A stretch of DNA of 64,000 bases from a virus, in IMG/VR virus record IMGVR_UViG_3300034358_000044, positions 1 to 64,000 of that record; one strand, given 5' to 3'. Under the pieces are notes generated by a model. It was not told where the DNA came from. It was given only the letters and a program-made list of their open reading frames with translations, and did not search any database. Below, piece by piece: positions 43,846-54,800 of this stretch (its first letter is position 1; each line of letters opens with the position of its first letter). A program made the position numbers and the translations under genes.

Positions 43846-45972
43846 CTACGGCATCATGGGGGAGTAGTTGGTCGGGCACCCGCCGACGCACTCCATCTCC
43901 AAGACCATCACTTCCTTTTGACCGGGATGTGCATCAAACTGAGCTTTGGTGATGGGCTGAATGGGGGCGTTCTTCCGGCTCTTGTCGGGGAAGACAGTAG
44001 TTCCCTTCAAGTCGGGAAGAGCATCGATGAGCTGCTTCTCCATCTCCTCTTCGGTGAGGGACATCTGAGCCGGTAGGTTGATGGTGAAGGACACAGCGTT
44101 GTCCGCGAAGAACTCCTGGAACATCTTCTGGACCTGAAGGCTGTCCGCGAAGGAGATGTCGTACTGACCTTCCAGGACTTCGGCAGGGTCCCAGCCGGCG
44201 GCGCGAACCTTGGCCACCAGTGGATCCTCGAACCAGTAGACGACGATGTCGGTGTTCTTGGCGTCCTCGTCCGGGAAGACCTCGTAGCCTTCCGCACGTT
44301 TCACGGCGAGCTCAGCGTCATCCGAGGAGTAGCGCACCAGGCGCTTGCCCCAGGGCGTCATCATGCACTGGCCACTGGAAGTCGTCCCTGGGAGCATCGC
44401 CGTCGTGCCCGTGGGGGCCAGGGCGGTGTTCTTCACCGGAGGAGGGTAGCCGAGCTGGATGGAGTACGTGGTGGCCTCGGCCATCACGACGCCCTTGGCG
44501 GACATCAGCATGGTGTGGATCTTCGGGTCCTTCCAGCTCTCCGAGTACTTGATGCCGCGAAGAGCCAGGTAGGCGTGGAAGCCGAAGAAGCCGACCGCGA
44601 TGCGCCGGTTCCGGTCCACCACTGCACGCTGTCGAGGCTGGGGGATGTCCCCGTTGGTGGCCCTGACGAGCCAGCGCGTCATGAGGCGGAAGGCCTCCAT
44701 CATCTCCTTCTGTGGCCTCTTGGCGAAGGCCTCCAAGTTGACGTGGCCCAGGCAGCAGTTCTCCCACATCTGCAGGCCGATCTCTCCGCAGGGGTTGGGG
44801 CAGAACATGAGTTCCGGCTCCCGCTCTCCCTGCATGGCGAGGGTGCGATTCCAGAAGCCCGGCTCCCCGTTGGCCCTCTTGCCCAGAACGACTGCCCTCA
44901 TGACCTCTGAGGCAACGTGGTGGAGACTGGCATCAGGGTTCCGGTAGGCCTCGAAGAACTCGTCATCGACTTCGACTGAGATGTTCGAGCTCCACTGGGC
45001 GCCATCCGTGCGCTTGCAGTTGATGAACTCCATGATGTCCACGTCCGCCCAGTTCTTCACGGCGATGCGGCTGGAGCGCCTCTTGCCGCCTGCAACGACG
45101 CAGGCAGCCACGGTGTGGTCCAGGGTCATCGCGTCGAGGCTGGTGAGGTTCCTGCCGACGCAGCCGTTGAGGTGCTTGACGTAGTCCACCAGCATGGTGA
45201 CCAGGGGCTCTGGACCAGCAGCCGTTCCGCCACCAGCGCGCAGCGGGGCACCACGGCGTCGCACCCCGGAGACGTCGATGGTCAGGATGATGTCCTTCTC
45301 CCTGCGGTAGGGCTGGAAGGCGGCACGGGTGACCGTGTCGAGCGCCTTCACCCAACCCTCACGGCTGTCGGCCACGTTCATGTAGCTGGAGTCGCGCTCC
45401 CCGACGTGCTTCGAGAGGAGGTGGGCGAACTCGTGGTGGTCCGGGTGGGACTCGTTGCAGATGATGTGGAGGTCGATGGGGTTGGTGACCCTGGGCATGC
45501 CGTGCATGTACCGGTTCGAGTAGTTCGAGCCGACACCGCCGCCCATCATGAGCTCGTCGAAGGTGAAGGTGAAGTGGGCGGTAGGGTCCAGAGGATCCCA
45601 GCCAGCCGCGTGGCAGTTGAAGAGGTACTGACGGTCCTTCATCCCTGAAGCATTGAGATGGCGACCAGCAGGGAGAGCAGCGAAGGGCAGCAAAAGACCG
45701 ATGAGCTTGTTGCGCTCATCGGCCTCGATGAATGACTCTGGAACCAGTCCGAGGTTGCCATCGACGGCCCTCACGACTGTTTCGGCCCAGGTCTCTTTGT
45801 TTCCGTCTTCCTTCGTCTGGCTGTAGGTCCTCTTGAAGACCTGCTCACCCATGGGACCGAAGGGGATGCGTACGTCGTGGAACTGGGCCGGGAGAAAACC
45901 CTTCTCATGCATGGCAACTCCAGAACAATAGAAGCCCATCGGTGGCGACACCGTAGGGAGGAGGTTGGACAT
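43846..45972 (-). CDS. nrdJ: Class II (adenosylcobalamin-dependent) ribonucleotide reductase
   Basis: FKRTYS, PAGRHL, FNC, GGGVG, DSREGW, NPCGEI, RRIAVG, APTGT, C-terminal Cys pair; no NrdB partner nearby. Confidence 0.9.
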   Translation of the reverse strand: MSNLLPTVSPPMGFYCSGVAMHEKGFLPAQFHDVRIPFGPMGEQVFKRTYSQTKEDGNKETWAETVVRAVDGNLGLVPESFIEADERNKLIGLLLPFAALPAGRHLNASGMKDRQYLFNCHAAGWDPLDPTAHFTFTFDELMMGGGVGSNYSNRYMHGMPRVTNPIDLHIICNESHPDHHEFAHLLSKHVGERDSSYMNVADSREGWVKALDTVTRAAFQPYRREKDIILTIDVSGVRRRGAPLRAGGGTAAGPEPLVTMLVDYVKHLNGCVGRNLTSLDAMTLDHTVAACVVAGGKRRSSRIAVKNWADVDIMEFINCKRTDGAQWSSNISVEVDDEFFEAYRNPDASLHHVASEVMRAVVLGKRANGEPGFWNRTLAMQGEREPELMFCPNPCGEIGLQMWENCCLGHVNLEAFAKRPQKEMMEAFRLMTRWLVRATNGDIPQPRQRAVVDRNRRIAVGFFGFHAYLALRGIKYSESWKDPKIHTMLMSAKGVVMAEATTYSIQLGYPPPVKNTALAPTGTTAMLPGTTSSGQCMMTPWGKRLVRYSSDDAELAVKRAEGYEVFPDEDAKNTDIVVYWFEDPLVAKVRAAGWDPAEVLEGQYDISFADSLQVQKMFQEFFADNAVSFTINLPAQMSLTEEEMEKQLIDALPDLKGTTVFPDKSRKNAPIQPITKAQFDAHPGQKEVMVLEMECVGGCPTNYSPMMP

Positions 45973-46053
45973 CTATGTGGTTAGGCGAGTAGTTCGGTCC
46001 CCAGTGCGTTAGAGCGGACGCTGGTGCCTTGCAGGGCTCCAGACGGTCCCTCT

Positions 46054-46082
46054 GTTATACGCCTGGCACATGAACCTGCCAA
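46054..46082 (-). promoter_or_regulatory. Host sigma70-type promoter for nrdJ
   Basis: TTGGCA-N17-TATAAC on minus (5/6 and 5/6 to consensus). Confidence 0.55.
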
Positions 46083-46157
46083 GGGTTTGGCGCTGAGAGC
46101 TAAAGGATGCGGCGGAACACGAGTTACGTTTCGTGACCGCCGGTCCTTGTACCGTCT

Positions 46158-46658
46158 CTAGGCCTGCTTTTTCCCAAGACCTCTCATCTGGAGGATGGGG
46201 TCGTTGAGGCGGTTCTTGGAGAGCCACATCAATTCTTCGATCCCTCTTATCGACGTTGCTGTGTCCGCAATGAGGTCTTCAAACTCGTCCACAGGGATGT
46301 TAGCCCTTCGACAGAGATCGGCCACTTTCTCTGCGTAGTTACCCTTACCGAGTTTGAGCATCTGGTACATCAACATCGCATTCAATCGTGTTCTCTCAGT
46401 GAGAGTCAGGCAGAACTCCATTTTGAGATCGTCTTCCCATCCCTCTGGGATGAGATCCGCCGTCAGGGTGAAGATGACGAACTCTTCAGTACTCCTCCGC
46501 GCGAACTCAGAGTTCGTTCCCAGACGGAGCTCTCTCCTCAACATGTAGTTCTTCTTCGTCAGCCCAAGAGGGTAGGCGACGAGAAGAGTTGAGACGCCCG
46601 CTTTTACGGTACCAAAGGTCCAGGCAACAGACCCCACAGCAATGAGAATGGACAGCAT
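46158..46658 (-). CDS. Hypothetical protein with hydrophobic N-terminus
   Basis: GGGAG RBS before MLSILIAV. Confidence 0.65.
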   Translation of the reverse strand: MLSILIAVGSVAWTFGTVKAGVSTLLVAYPLGLTKKNYMLRRELRLGTNSEFARRSTEEFVIFTLTADLIPEGWEDDLKMEFCLTLTERTRLNAMLMYQMLKLGKGNYAEKVADLCRRANIPVDEFEDLIADTATSIRGIEELMWLSKNRLNDPILQMRGLGKKQA

Positions 46659-46679
46659 GTTGAACTCCCTTTGAGAGTT

Positions 46680-46709
46680 GGGAAGATTCCCGTACATCCT
46701 TATGCCTAA
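46680..46709 (-). promoter_or_regulatory. Promoter motif TTAGGCATAAGG (46698-46709) at strand-switch point
   Basis: Exact core 46698-46706; short GGGA/TCCC hairpin downstream. Confidence 0.7.
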
Positions 46710-46786
46710 AACGTCCTAGCTCTTGCTGCAGTATGGGTGCTACCTTCCCGCCACGCACTTCACAGGCTCCTGGAGACGTGTAGCCA

Positions 46787-49700
46787 ATGCTCAGCTCTAG
46801 TGACATCAGTGCCCTCATCAACGCCCAGAACCAGCAGTTCATGGGGCAGGCGCAGTATGCGCAGCAAGTGGGCATCTCGAATCCCAGTATGAGTCTTTCC
46901 TCTTGGGGTTCGGATCCACGTCAACGTGCTTTTGGGAGCCAAGGTACAGTGATGGGGCATGCTCCCATCAGCTACGCGCCAGGAGGGTATGCAGGTCCCT
47001 CTCACGGAGCAGGAAACAAGTTCGCTGGCGGTGCAATGGCTCTTGGAGGTGGAATAGCGTCCGCTGTAGCCATGACGGCGTTCGATCCGCTCTCTGCTTT
47101 CATGAAAGCTGGGGGCTACATGCCCAGCCTCTTTGGTGGAGTGGCTGGTGGTGGGGTGGGTGCTGGACTTGCTGCGACCGCAGCTCCACTGGCCCTGGGT
47201 ACTGCTGCTTCCGCTTATATCGGCGCCGGTATGCACGGAGCTCAGCAGCAACATCAGATTCAAGGACAGCTGGGGCAGTTCGGTTTTGCGAACTCGGCCT
47301 CTCGTACTGGGCAGGGGTTCACGAGGGATGACGCGCTGAGTATCGGAAATCAGATTCGGCATCTGGCGCACATCCCCGAGATGATGACCTCAGTGGATGA
47401 GCTCACCAAGCTCATCCCCAGGCTCAAGGCCTCTGGCATCATGCAGGGGGTCAAAGACGCGACGGAGTTCAACTCCCGGTTCAAGGATGCGGTGAAGACG
47501 ATTCGAGAGGTCTCCAAGGTCATCGGATCGACCATGGAAGAGGCCTCAGCCTTCTTCGAGCACAGTCGTTCTGTCGGCTTTCTAGGGAAGAATGACCAGC
47601 TCAAGAATGCCATGAACGTCCAGTTCACGGCGGCCCAGACTGGGATGTCTTCTGGGCAGGTGATGCAGGTTCAGCAGGCTGGTGCGCAGATGGCGGTTGG
47701 GCGGGGATTGCAGCGGAAGACCGGAACCACTGCCATCACCAACATCATGCAGGGGCTCGGAGCAGGAATGCAGTCTGGGCGTATCTCACAGGATCAGTTG
47801 GAGGACGTCACAGGGGTAGCTGGAGAGGGAGCAGTAGGTGCTGCTGCCCAGCAGATGGCCGAGAAGATGGCCAGGTTCGCAGAAGGTACTGCTGCAGGTC
47901 GTGCCTCCATGATGGGGTTGGCCAAGTTCGACGCCAATGGTCGCTTCGTCGGTATCGACCAGGACCTTGCAGACCGCTACGCCAGAGGTGAGGTCTCCAA
48001 GTCCGAGCTGATGGAGAGGATCGGCAAGTTCTCGAACCAGCAGAAGATCTCCGCCTCCAGGAAGACTGGGTCCATGGCCATGGAGTTCGCCGGCAAGGCG
48101 GGCCTGGGAGGTATCGGCGCCTTCATGAAGAACGTCTTGGCCGAGGGCGGACACACTGGGGAGTCGATGAAGTACATGCTCGGCCAGTACGGGTTCGGTG
48201 AGACCGAGCAGGACCTCATGGAGAATATGGCCGGGATGGGCAACATCGACAACACGAGTACTCGAACTGCCTACGAGAGAAAGCAGAAGATCGAGGCTGA
48301 AATTGCCGAGAGGACAGACCCCTCGAAGATCATGAAGCGCATTGGAACTCGTCTGAGCAATACGCTCGGATTTTCAGCTATCGGACATGCGGGTGCAGAA
48401 GGATTCGAGGCCATAGGTCGGGCCTACGATGAGTTCGTTGACGACCTTGTTGGCCGCTACGCCATCGGTCTTTCAGCGAAGGGCTCCCAGCACATGGCTG
48501 AGGCGCTATCTTCGGCAGAGGGGAGAGCTGGTCTCAAAAAGGTCTTCGCGCTGCACTCTCAGTTGCCGACGAGAGATGCACGAGCTGCTTCTTCTCTGGG
48601 AAGAGGGCTGGCTCAGGTGGCATCCTTGACCCCCTTCCATGGAGCCGTCGTAGGGGCCGGAGGTATTGAGGGAGCTGGTCGTCAAATCGACAAGATGATG
48701 CGTGGTGTTCATAGGACCCTCAACAGCGCCAGCTACGATGGTGCAGGGAGCTTTGAAGACCAGGTCGAGATCATGCAGGACAACTTCGGCATGAAGAAGG
48801 CCAGTGTCTCTCAGCTTCAGGATCGATTCACGGATCTTCGGAAGATGGGTGAGGGTGGGGTTGGAACCGATGTCGAAGACTTCACCAACCAGATGATAAA
48901 CCAGATTGGCAGGACGAAGTACGAGGAGGCCAATCAGGCGAACAAGATAGACATGCTCAGGAACATGTTCGAGGTACGGAGCTTCACCAACGCTGGGGTG
49001 GACAAGGGGGCAGACGCCTACAATGCGTTGATCAAGGCAAAGGGACTTGGTGCCAACGGAGCCAACGCTCATGCCGAAGCTGCCATGCTCATCAGTGGAG
49101 CGATGAAGATAGGTGTTGAAGGAAAGATGGAAGGCAGCTCCTACGCTGAGAAGGTCAAGAGGCACGCAGTCAGCGTTCAAGTAGCTGACAAAGACCTTCG
49201 AGATTCTCTTGGGTACAGTGGTGGATCTGAGGTCTCCTCAGCAATCGCTTCTGACTGGCAGGTGGGGGTCAATCTTCACAGCGCCCTGGTCGGAACCAAT
49301 GCTAGGAAGATTACCGACATCCTTCATGAGGATCCGACCCCAGAGAACAGGGAAGCTCTCGGTAAGCTTCTTGGAAGACCTACCCTTTCTGAGGACGAGT
49401 TCAACAAGACCAAAGCGGCGCATAAGAGTGTCGAGCTGCAGATCGACTCTGGAAATCCAGACAGCACCGAGCGGAGCAAGAGAAAGGCGAAGATCGCTGA
49501 CGCCATTGCTGGAAGGGTCAATGCCGAAGGTCAGAAGGATGTTGGAGCACTGCAGATTGCTGCTCGTGACGTAGTTCAAGGCATGGGGAAGGGCGAGCTA
49601 CGCGATGCCATGGAGGCTTTCGGACGCGAGTCGAATTCTGATAAGGCTATCGACAAGAGTGGGGAGCTCTACAAGACTATTGGGAAGAAGTCACGTCAGC

Positions 49701-50206
49701 TCACGGATCTGCAGGCGAGGCGTAAGGCCGAGAAGGACCCGGCAAAGCGGAAGAAGCTGGACGAGGAGCTGGAGTCCCTGTCCAAGGAGCTGGGCCCGGA
49801 AGTCATAAGCAAGATTCGGAGCTCTGCTTCGCAGGTGGAGAACTCCATCGGTAAGGTGGGTACCTCCACCACGGTCGAAAAACTGATGAGCGATACCGGT
49901 CTTACTGACGATCAAATCGGTCTTGGAAAGAAGGACACCAAGGTTCAAATCACCGACAAGATTCTCTCTGACATCAAGGCAAAGGTGGCCGAGGCTGGTG
50001 GGGCAGGGATCATCAACCCCACCAAGAACCAGAAGAAGGAAGCGCTTGACGAGAAGCTCAACACGACCTTGGTTGAGATAGGCGGTACCTTGAAGCAGGT
50101 GAACACCGGCCTTGCTCTTCAGGGAGCAGACAAGGATCAGCGCGCTGCGTACTACAAGAAGCATGGCGACACGTATCGCCTGGCTGTAGATGGAGACAAG
50201 CCATGA
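46787..50206 (+). CDS. Tape measure-like virion protein
   Basis: 1139 aa, Gly/Ala/Met-rich helical, heads the structural block. Confidence 0.65.
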   Translation: MLSSSDISALINAQNQQFMGQAQYAQQVGISNPSMSLSSWGSDPRQRAFGSQGTVMGHAPISYAPGGYAGPSHGAGNKFAGGAMALGGGIASAVAMTAFDPLSAFMKAGGYMPSLFGGVAGGGVGAGLAATAAPLALGTAASAYIGAGMHGAQQQHQIQGQLGQFGFANSASRTGQGFTRDDALSIGNQIRHLAHIPEMMTSVDELTKLIPRLKASGIMQGVKDATEFNSRFKDAVKTIREVSKVIGSTMEEASAFFEHSRSVGFLGKNDQLKNAMNVQFTAAQTGMSSGQVMQVQQAGAQMAVGRGLQRKTGTTAITNIMQGLGAGMQSGRISQDQLEDVTGVAGEGAVGAAAQQMAEKMARFAEGTAAGRASMMGLAKFDANGRFVGIDQDLADRYARGEVSKSELMERIGKFSNQQKISASRKTGSMAMEFAGKAGLGGIGAFMKNVLAEGGHTGESMKYMLGQYGFGETEQDLMENMAGMGNIDNTSTRTAYERKQKIEAEIAERTDPSKIMKRIGTRLSNTLGFSAIGHAGAEGFEAIGRAYDEFVDDLVGRYAIGLSAKGSQHMAEALSSAEGRAGLKKVFALHSQLPTRDARAASSLGRGLAQVASLTPFHGAVVGAGGIEGAGRQIDKMMRGVHRTLNSASYDGAGSFEDQVEIMQDNFGMKKASVSQLQDRFTDLRKMGEGGVGTDVEDFTNQMINQIGRTKYEEANQANKIDMLRNMFEVRSFTNAGVDKGADAYNALIKAKGLGANGANAHAEAAMLISGAMKIGVEGKMEGSSYAEKVKRHAVSVQVADKDLRDSLGYSGGSEVSSAIASDWQVGVNLHSALVGTNARKITDILHEDPTPENREALGKLLGRPTLSEDEFNKTKAAHKSVELQIDSGNPDSTERSKRKAKIADAIAGRVNAEGQKDVGALQIAARDVVQGMGKGELRDAMEAFGRESNSDKAIDKSGELYKTIGKKSRQLTDLQARRKAEKDPAKRKKLDEELESLSKELGPEVISKIRSSASQVENSIGKVGTSTTVEKLMSDTGLTDDQIGLGKKDTKVQITDKILSDIKAKVAEAGGAGIINPTKNQKKEALDEKLNTTLVEIGGTLKQVNTGLALQGADKDQRAAYYKKHGDTYRLAVDGDKP

Positions 50207-50418
50207 GCATCCAAGTTGTCATCTCCCAGAAGATGATTCTGGACGGGAAGCCGTGGACTGTATCGCTCATCCAGAACCCCACCATCGACGATGTTCTCGT
50301 CACGGAGGCACGACTTCAGGCGCACAACGTCGAGCAGGGAGCTGTCGTAACGAGTGATGACAGACGGGTAGCCAGGGACATCAGGGACTACCTCATTCGC
50401 TTCGGGGTGGAACACTAA
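50203..50418 (+). CDS. Small hypothetical protein
   Basis: 71 aa, ATGA overlap. Confidence 0.7.
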   Translation: MSIQVVISQKMILDGKPWTVSLIQNPTIDDVLVTEARLQAHNVEQGAVVTSDDRRVARDIRDYLIRFGVEH

Positions 50419-51845
50419 TGGGCGTTTTCGTGCAGGTCATACCAGATCGCTGGGGTTCCGCTTCGCAGGTGGCCAAGAAGGACACTGCTGGGAGAGGACA
50501 GGCCTCGGAGCCCTTCATCAGGCGACCCACGAATGGGATTCAGTTGAAGGAAGAGACCTTCGCCACGCTTCGGTTGGTGACGGCTGTCAACGGACAGAAC
50601 CAGCTCTTGGTGGATGCAGGTTCCAGAAGGAAGGGAATCATCAACTCGGAGGATGGGGAGCAGTTCCTCACCATTGGTGAGAAGCGCGCTACCGACATCT
50701 ACTCGAACTTCCTGTTGCAGTCGGTTCAAGAAGAGAGAACCGAGAAGCAGCAGATTCTGGAGACCTTCGGAGAGGCCTACATCTTTCTCTTCGGGCAGCG
50801 AGCCAGGGTCATCACCTTCTCCGGGATCCTAGCCAACACCTTCGACTTCAACTGGGAGGCGGAGTGGTGGGAGAACTACGATACCTATCTTCGAGGTACT
50901 CGCTGCGTGGAGAGCCAGGCGCAGGTGTTCATCTCCTACGACAACACCCTGGTGGGCGGCTACATCATCGCCACCTCATCCTCGAAGGACTCGACGACGC
51001 AGAACTACGTCCAGTTCACCTTCCAACTCTTCGTCACCTACTACAGCAACTTCTCGAACGTAGGAAACCCTTCAGCATTCCCACCAGGGGTGTCGTCTCC
51101 AGTTCAGTATTCAACAGAGGATCTGAAGAAGATGAGGCCCCATCTGGTAGACGACATACCAATTCAGAACTGGCCTCTTCTTGGAAACGGGTCTGAGCCT
51201 GGTCTCTTCGATGCGATTTCCAACGGGATCTCTCTGGTCTCGAACGCATGGAACTCGGCAGGAGCTATCGTCAACTCTGGAGTCAACAAGCTCTCCGCTT
51301 CACTCAATCTCGATGGCGTGAGAATCCCCATCGGATTTGCTGGAAGTCTTGTCTACGATGGAGCCCAACAGACGGCCGACAGTGAGTTGGTGGAGCTCAA
51401 GCAGAGGGCCTGGATCAACGGAAGGGTCTACTACACTACCTTCGACAAGAACGCTGAGGAGTACGTAGGGAAGGGGAGCCACTACGGGTCCTCTGCTGTT
51501 TCCAACTTCGGCAAGGATTCGGGATTGTACTTCTTCGGAGAGGATCCCTACTATCTCGACAACGCCTACACGAAGATCCAGACGGCAACGGAGATATGGG
51601 CAAAGAACGGGTACACCATGCCTCCAGAGGGATTGGGGACCATCTCGGGAGTTCTGGCGAACAACGTCGTTGGACTTGTAGGAGTTGGGGCTACTGAGGT
51701 GTGGAGGAGTGCCACGAGCTCTGGGGAGCAGGGCACCGCCACCTCGCCTACTTTCGCCGTAGGGTCTACTTCCAGTGGGCCCCCTTCTACTGGAGTAGTG
51801 ACCAAGGACCTCTCCAACATCAACGTGCCCAATGCCAGCAGCTAA
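50418..51845 (+). CDS. Putative tail tube-initiator/baseplate protein
   Basis: Beta-rich N-terminal half (LQSVQEERTEKQQILETFG...ITFSG...VQFTFQLFV) following the TMP-like gene. Confidence 0.55.
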   Translation: MGVFVQVIPDRWGSASQVAKKDTAGRGQASEPFIRRPTNGIQLKEETFATLRLVTAVNGQNQLLVDAGSRRKGIINSEDGEQFLTIGEKRATDIYSNFLLQSVQEERTEKQQILETFGEAYIFLFGQRARVITFSGILANTFDFNWEAEWWENYDTYLRGTRCVESQAQVFISYDNTLVGGYIIATSSSKDSTTQNYVQFTFQLFVTYYSNFSNVGNPSAFPPGVSSPVQYSTEDLKKMRPHLVDDIPIQNWPLLGNGSEPGLFDAISNGISLVSNAWNSAGAIVNSGVNKLSASLNLDGVRIPIGFAGSLVYDGAQQTADSELVELKQRAWINGRVYYTTFDKNAEEYVGKGSHYGSSAVSNFGKDSGLYFFGEDPYYLDNAYTKIQTATEIWAKNGYTMPPEGLGTISGVLANNVVGLVGVGATEVWRSATSSGEQGTATSPTFAVGSTSSGPPSTGVVTKDLSNINVPNASS

Positions 51846-54800
51846 GCTTCTCCGTCTGAGACTCCTCTTGGAAGGTGAGGAGGTGCCAGTCATCTCGGCC
51901 CAGGTCATGATCAACATTGGAGCCCCCGCTACGGCCTCCATTCAGATTATCCCTCTCGACTCAGCATTGGACTTCTTCCCACGGACGATGGTCCATCTCT
52001 TCTTCTTGGACGTCCAAGGAGTAGGGGAGGAGCAGACTTCGGAGTACAAGCTGCTTTTCGCTGGGGAGGTGGTGGGGTTCGCCTACTCTCAGACCCCGGC
52101 CAGCCGAGGGACCGTCCTTCAGTGCCTGGACTTCTCCAACTACTGGGATTCCTGCAACGCGATGGCAGTCTCCTACGGGCCCGGCGGCAACGCCTTCACC
52201 AACGATGGGTCCATCAATGGTGCCTCCATCGGCATGTTTACCGACATCCCAGGCGACAGCGCGGCTGAACACCTGGTCCGTTGGGTCCGTTCGCCTCCGG
52301 TTACGGCAGGACTCACGGGTGTGAGTGGACTCGCGGGGGGTATCATCCACATCATGGAGGCCATGGGGGGTGTTCCAGGGCACTTCAAGGGCATCAACGA
52401 TTTCTACACCGTGGCAGAGCTCCGCTGCCGGTTGATGAATCAAATCACGGCGGAAGAGAACGACTCCACGGCGTCCAGAGTTCTGAGCATCAAGGTCTTC
52501 GAGGAGTGGCTCAAGGGAGGTCTTCAGCAGGCGGGAGGGAACATCACCTTCCGCGACATCATGAACCTGCTCTTCTCCCACATCTTCTACGAGTTCGTTC
52601 CCAACCCAGCCCCCAAGTTCGACAATGGAAATGGTAGTAAGTCCACGAAGACGAACTCCATCGCACTCACGTCGAATTCAAAGGTAGCCGGTATAAGGAC
52701 TCGGCTGGATGAGATGAGAATGTCCCTCATTCTCCTCAATGGCCAAATCACTTTGATGGCGACAGGGGATATGATCCCCACAGTGACAGGTCTTTCTACT
52801 ATTCTTTCAGACATTCTCAAGGACTTGATCGCTCTCGGACAAAGCCCCTCTGAATTGACCAAGGCAAGAGCTTCTGTTCAGCAGGCGTCGAACGCTCTTA
52901 CGAAGCTCAAGACGGTAACTTCGTCATCCATCGAGAGCCGTCTCGCTTCGTTGCCAGAGGCTTGGAAGGCTATTGAGGATGCCATCGGGTTCCTTGACGC
53001 CGGCAAGGTCACGTCGATCTCTACTGAGTATTCAAGTCAACGACTCAAGGCGCACATCGTTCGTCCTGACTGCTGGTTTTCCTCGCCTCCCGTCTGCAAC
53101 GTCATCTTCCCAGAGATGTACGCCTCTCTCAGTTTCGACAGGAACTTCCTTCAGGAGACGACGAGGTTGCTCGTACACTCGTTCGACACGCTCATCGGAC
53201 GTGACCACCTGATGGCGAACCACATTCTCTCCCCCTTCATTGGGTTCGATGCGACCAAGTTGGCTAAGTACAAGGGGGCTGCGAGCTTCCGTATCCTGAT
53301 GGACCACGAGATTCACGTCGGTATCGTTTCGAAGACGGAGTGGATTCCCAACAGCGCTGGCATCAGTACGGACCTCGACGCCGAGCAGCTCAAGAAGGTC
53401 TCCTCAGGAAGGCTCTCCTGGCTCATCAAGGCGTCCCTCTACCACTTCTTCAAGGCTCGCTTCTCGGCACGACAGGTCTCCATCAACGGGCGCTTCAACC
53501 CTTCCCTGGTCTGTGGCTTCCCAGGGGCGGTCATCACCAGGCCCTACTACATCGACGGGGGGGCGGCTGCCCTTCGAAGGGCACACGGTGGCACTGACGT
53601 TCCTGACTCTGACATCAGTGGGCTCATTCACGAGAAGGCTGGGGAGTTCAACGCCCCTGCTCATTTCGTTGGACTGATTGGGGCGATTCAGCACTCCATC
53701 GATCAGTCCGGAGGAACAACTTCTGCTGTTCTCCACTACGCCCGGAAGCATCGTGGAATCGATGATGAGTTCATCGGCTACATGGTGGGCATGAAGGAGA
53801 ACACGGGAACTCGCGTCCTCAAGTACGAGTTGGAAATCGAGAAGGCTCTGGAGCTGGCAAGTCCTACGACCACGACCCCCAACATCAAGCCCATTGCTCT
53901 TTTGATGGGCGTGACCCCATCAAAGGATGAAGTGGAGAAGCCCAAGAAGACTGCCGGCAAGACCAGCTCGGTGAGGCCGAAGGTGTCCTCTCAGGAAGTG
54001 TCAGCAGCCTCGAAAGACCCAAAGGCTCAGGCCAGCGCCATCACTGCTTTCGTCTTCTCGACCAATACTGAGAGTGACACGGCTGGACAGGATAAGGTCG
54101 ATGAGAAGCCACCACGTACACATGTCGGGTCTATTTCAGAGGCCAATCGGACGAACGTGTTCATTCCTTTTGGCTCTTCGGCCAGCATCAAGGTGAACAG
54201 CAAGGAGGGGCTCTTCGGTGGGCGAATCGTGGGGATTGAGGTCCCCAAGGGTGCTACCCTTCAAACAGTAGCCTACGGGATCAGTGGGACGGTGCCGGTC
54301 TACGTAGCTCTCACTCCAACGAGAGATGGAACGGTCTACAAGTTCCAGACCGGTTCTCAGACCTTCAAGGCCAACAAGAGAGGAGACGCATTCACGCGCG
54401 TCATCATCTATGAGGAAGTCTCCTTCGCCGTGTCCGGATCACTTCCGATTGAAGAGATACTCAGGCCTTCCTGGTTTTCTACCGGTTACTCCAGTCAGCG
54501 CATCGGGAAGCAAATCTACCAGCCGTTCTTCGGGTGCGATGCTGTTGTTGACAACCTGGTTGTTTCCCCTGACTCCGCACCCCCTGCCGATGACGGTTCG
54601 GATCCTGAGCCGGTCGATGCTGCTACTTCGGCGCAAGACATGATGAAGAGGGTGTCAGCAGCGGAGTCTCAATCCAGGGCCATCTCAATCGAGAAGTCCC
54701 TCAACGTATTGGCCTACGAGTACGGCCAAGTGAAACTTCATGCGAGAGACGTCGAGTCTTTCATCGAGAGCTACACCAAGCGTCCCATCGCCACCTACCG

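Noticed and set aside
43846-45972. Intein or intron in the RNR
   Set aside because: Uninterrupted 708 aa ORF of normal length; no C/S...HN splice motifs or LAGLIDADG seen
45973-46157. Cobalamin riboswitch upstream of the B12-dependent nrdJ
   Set aside because: No B12-box or AGGGAA/GCCACUG-type consensus visible; the region is better explained by a sigma70 promoter and a hairpin
36-46709. Reading the GGCAT motif as a canonical sigma54 -24/-12 promoter
   Set aside because: GG-N10-GC spacing is not met: the dinucleotide after GG-N10 is TA, CA or TG in all eight copies
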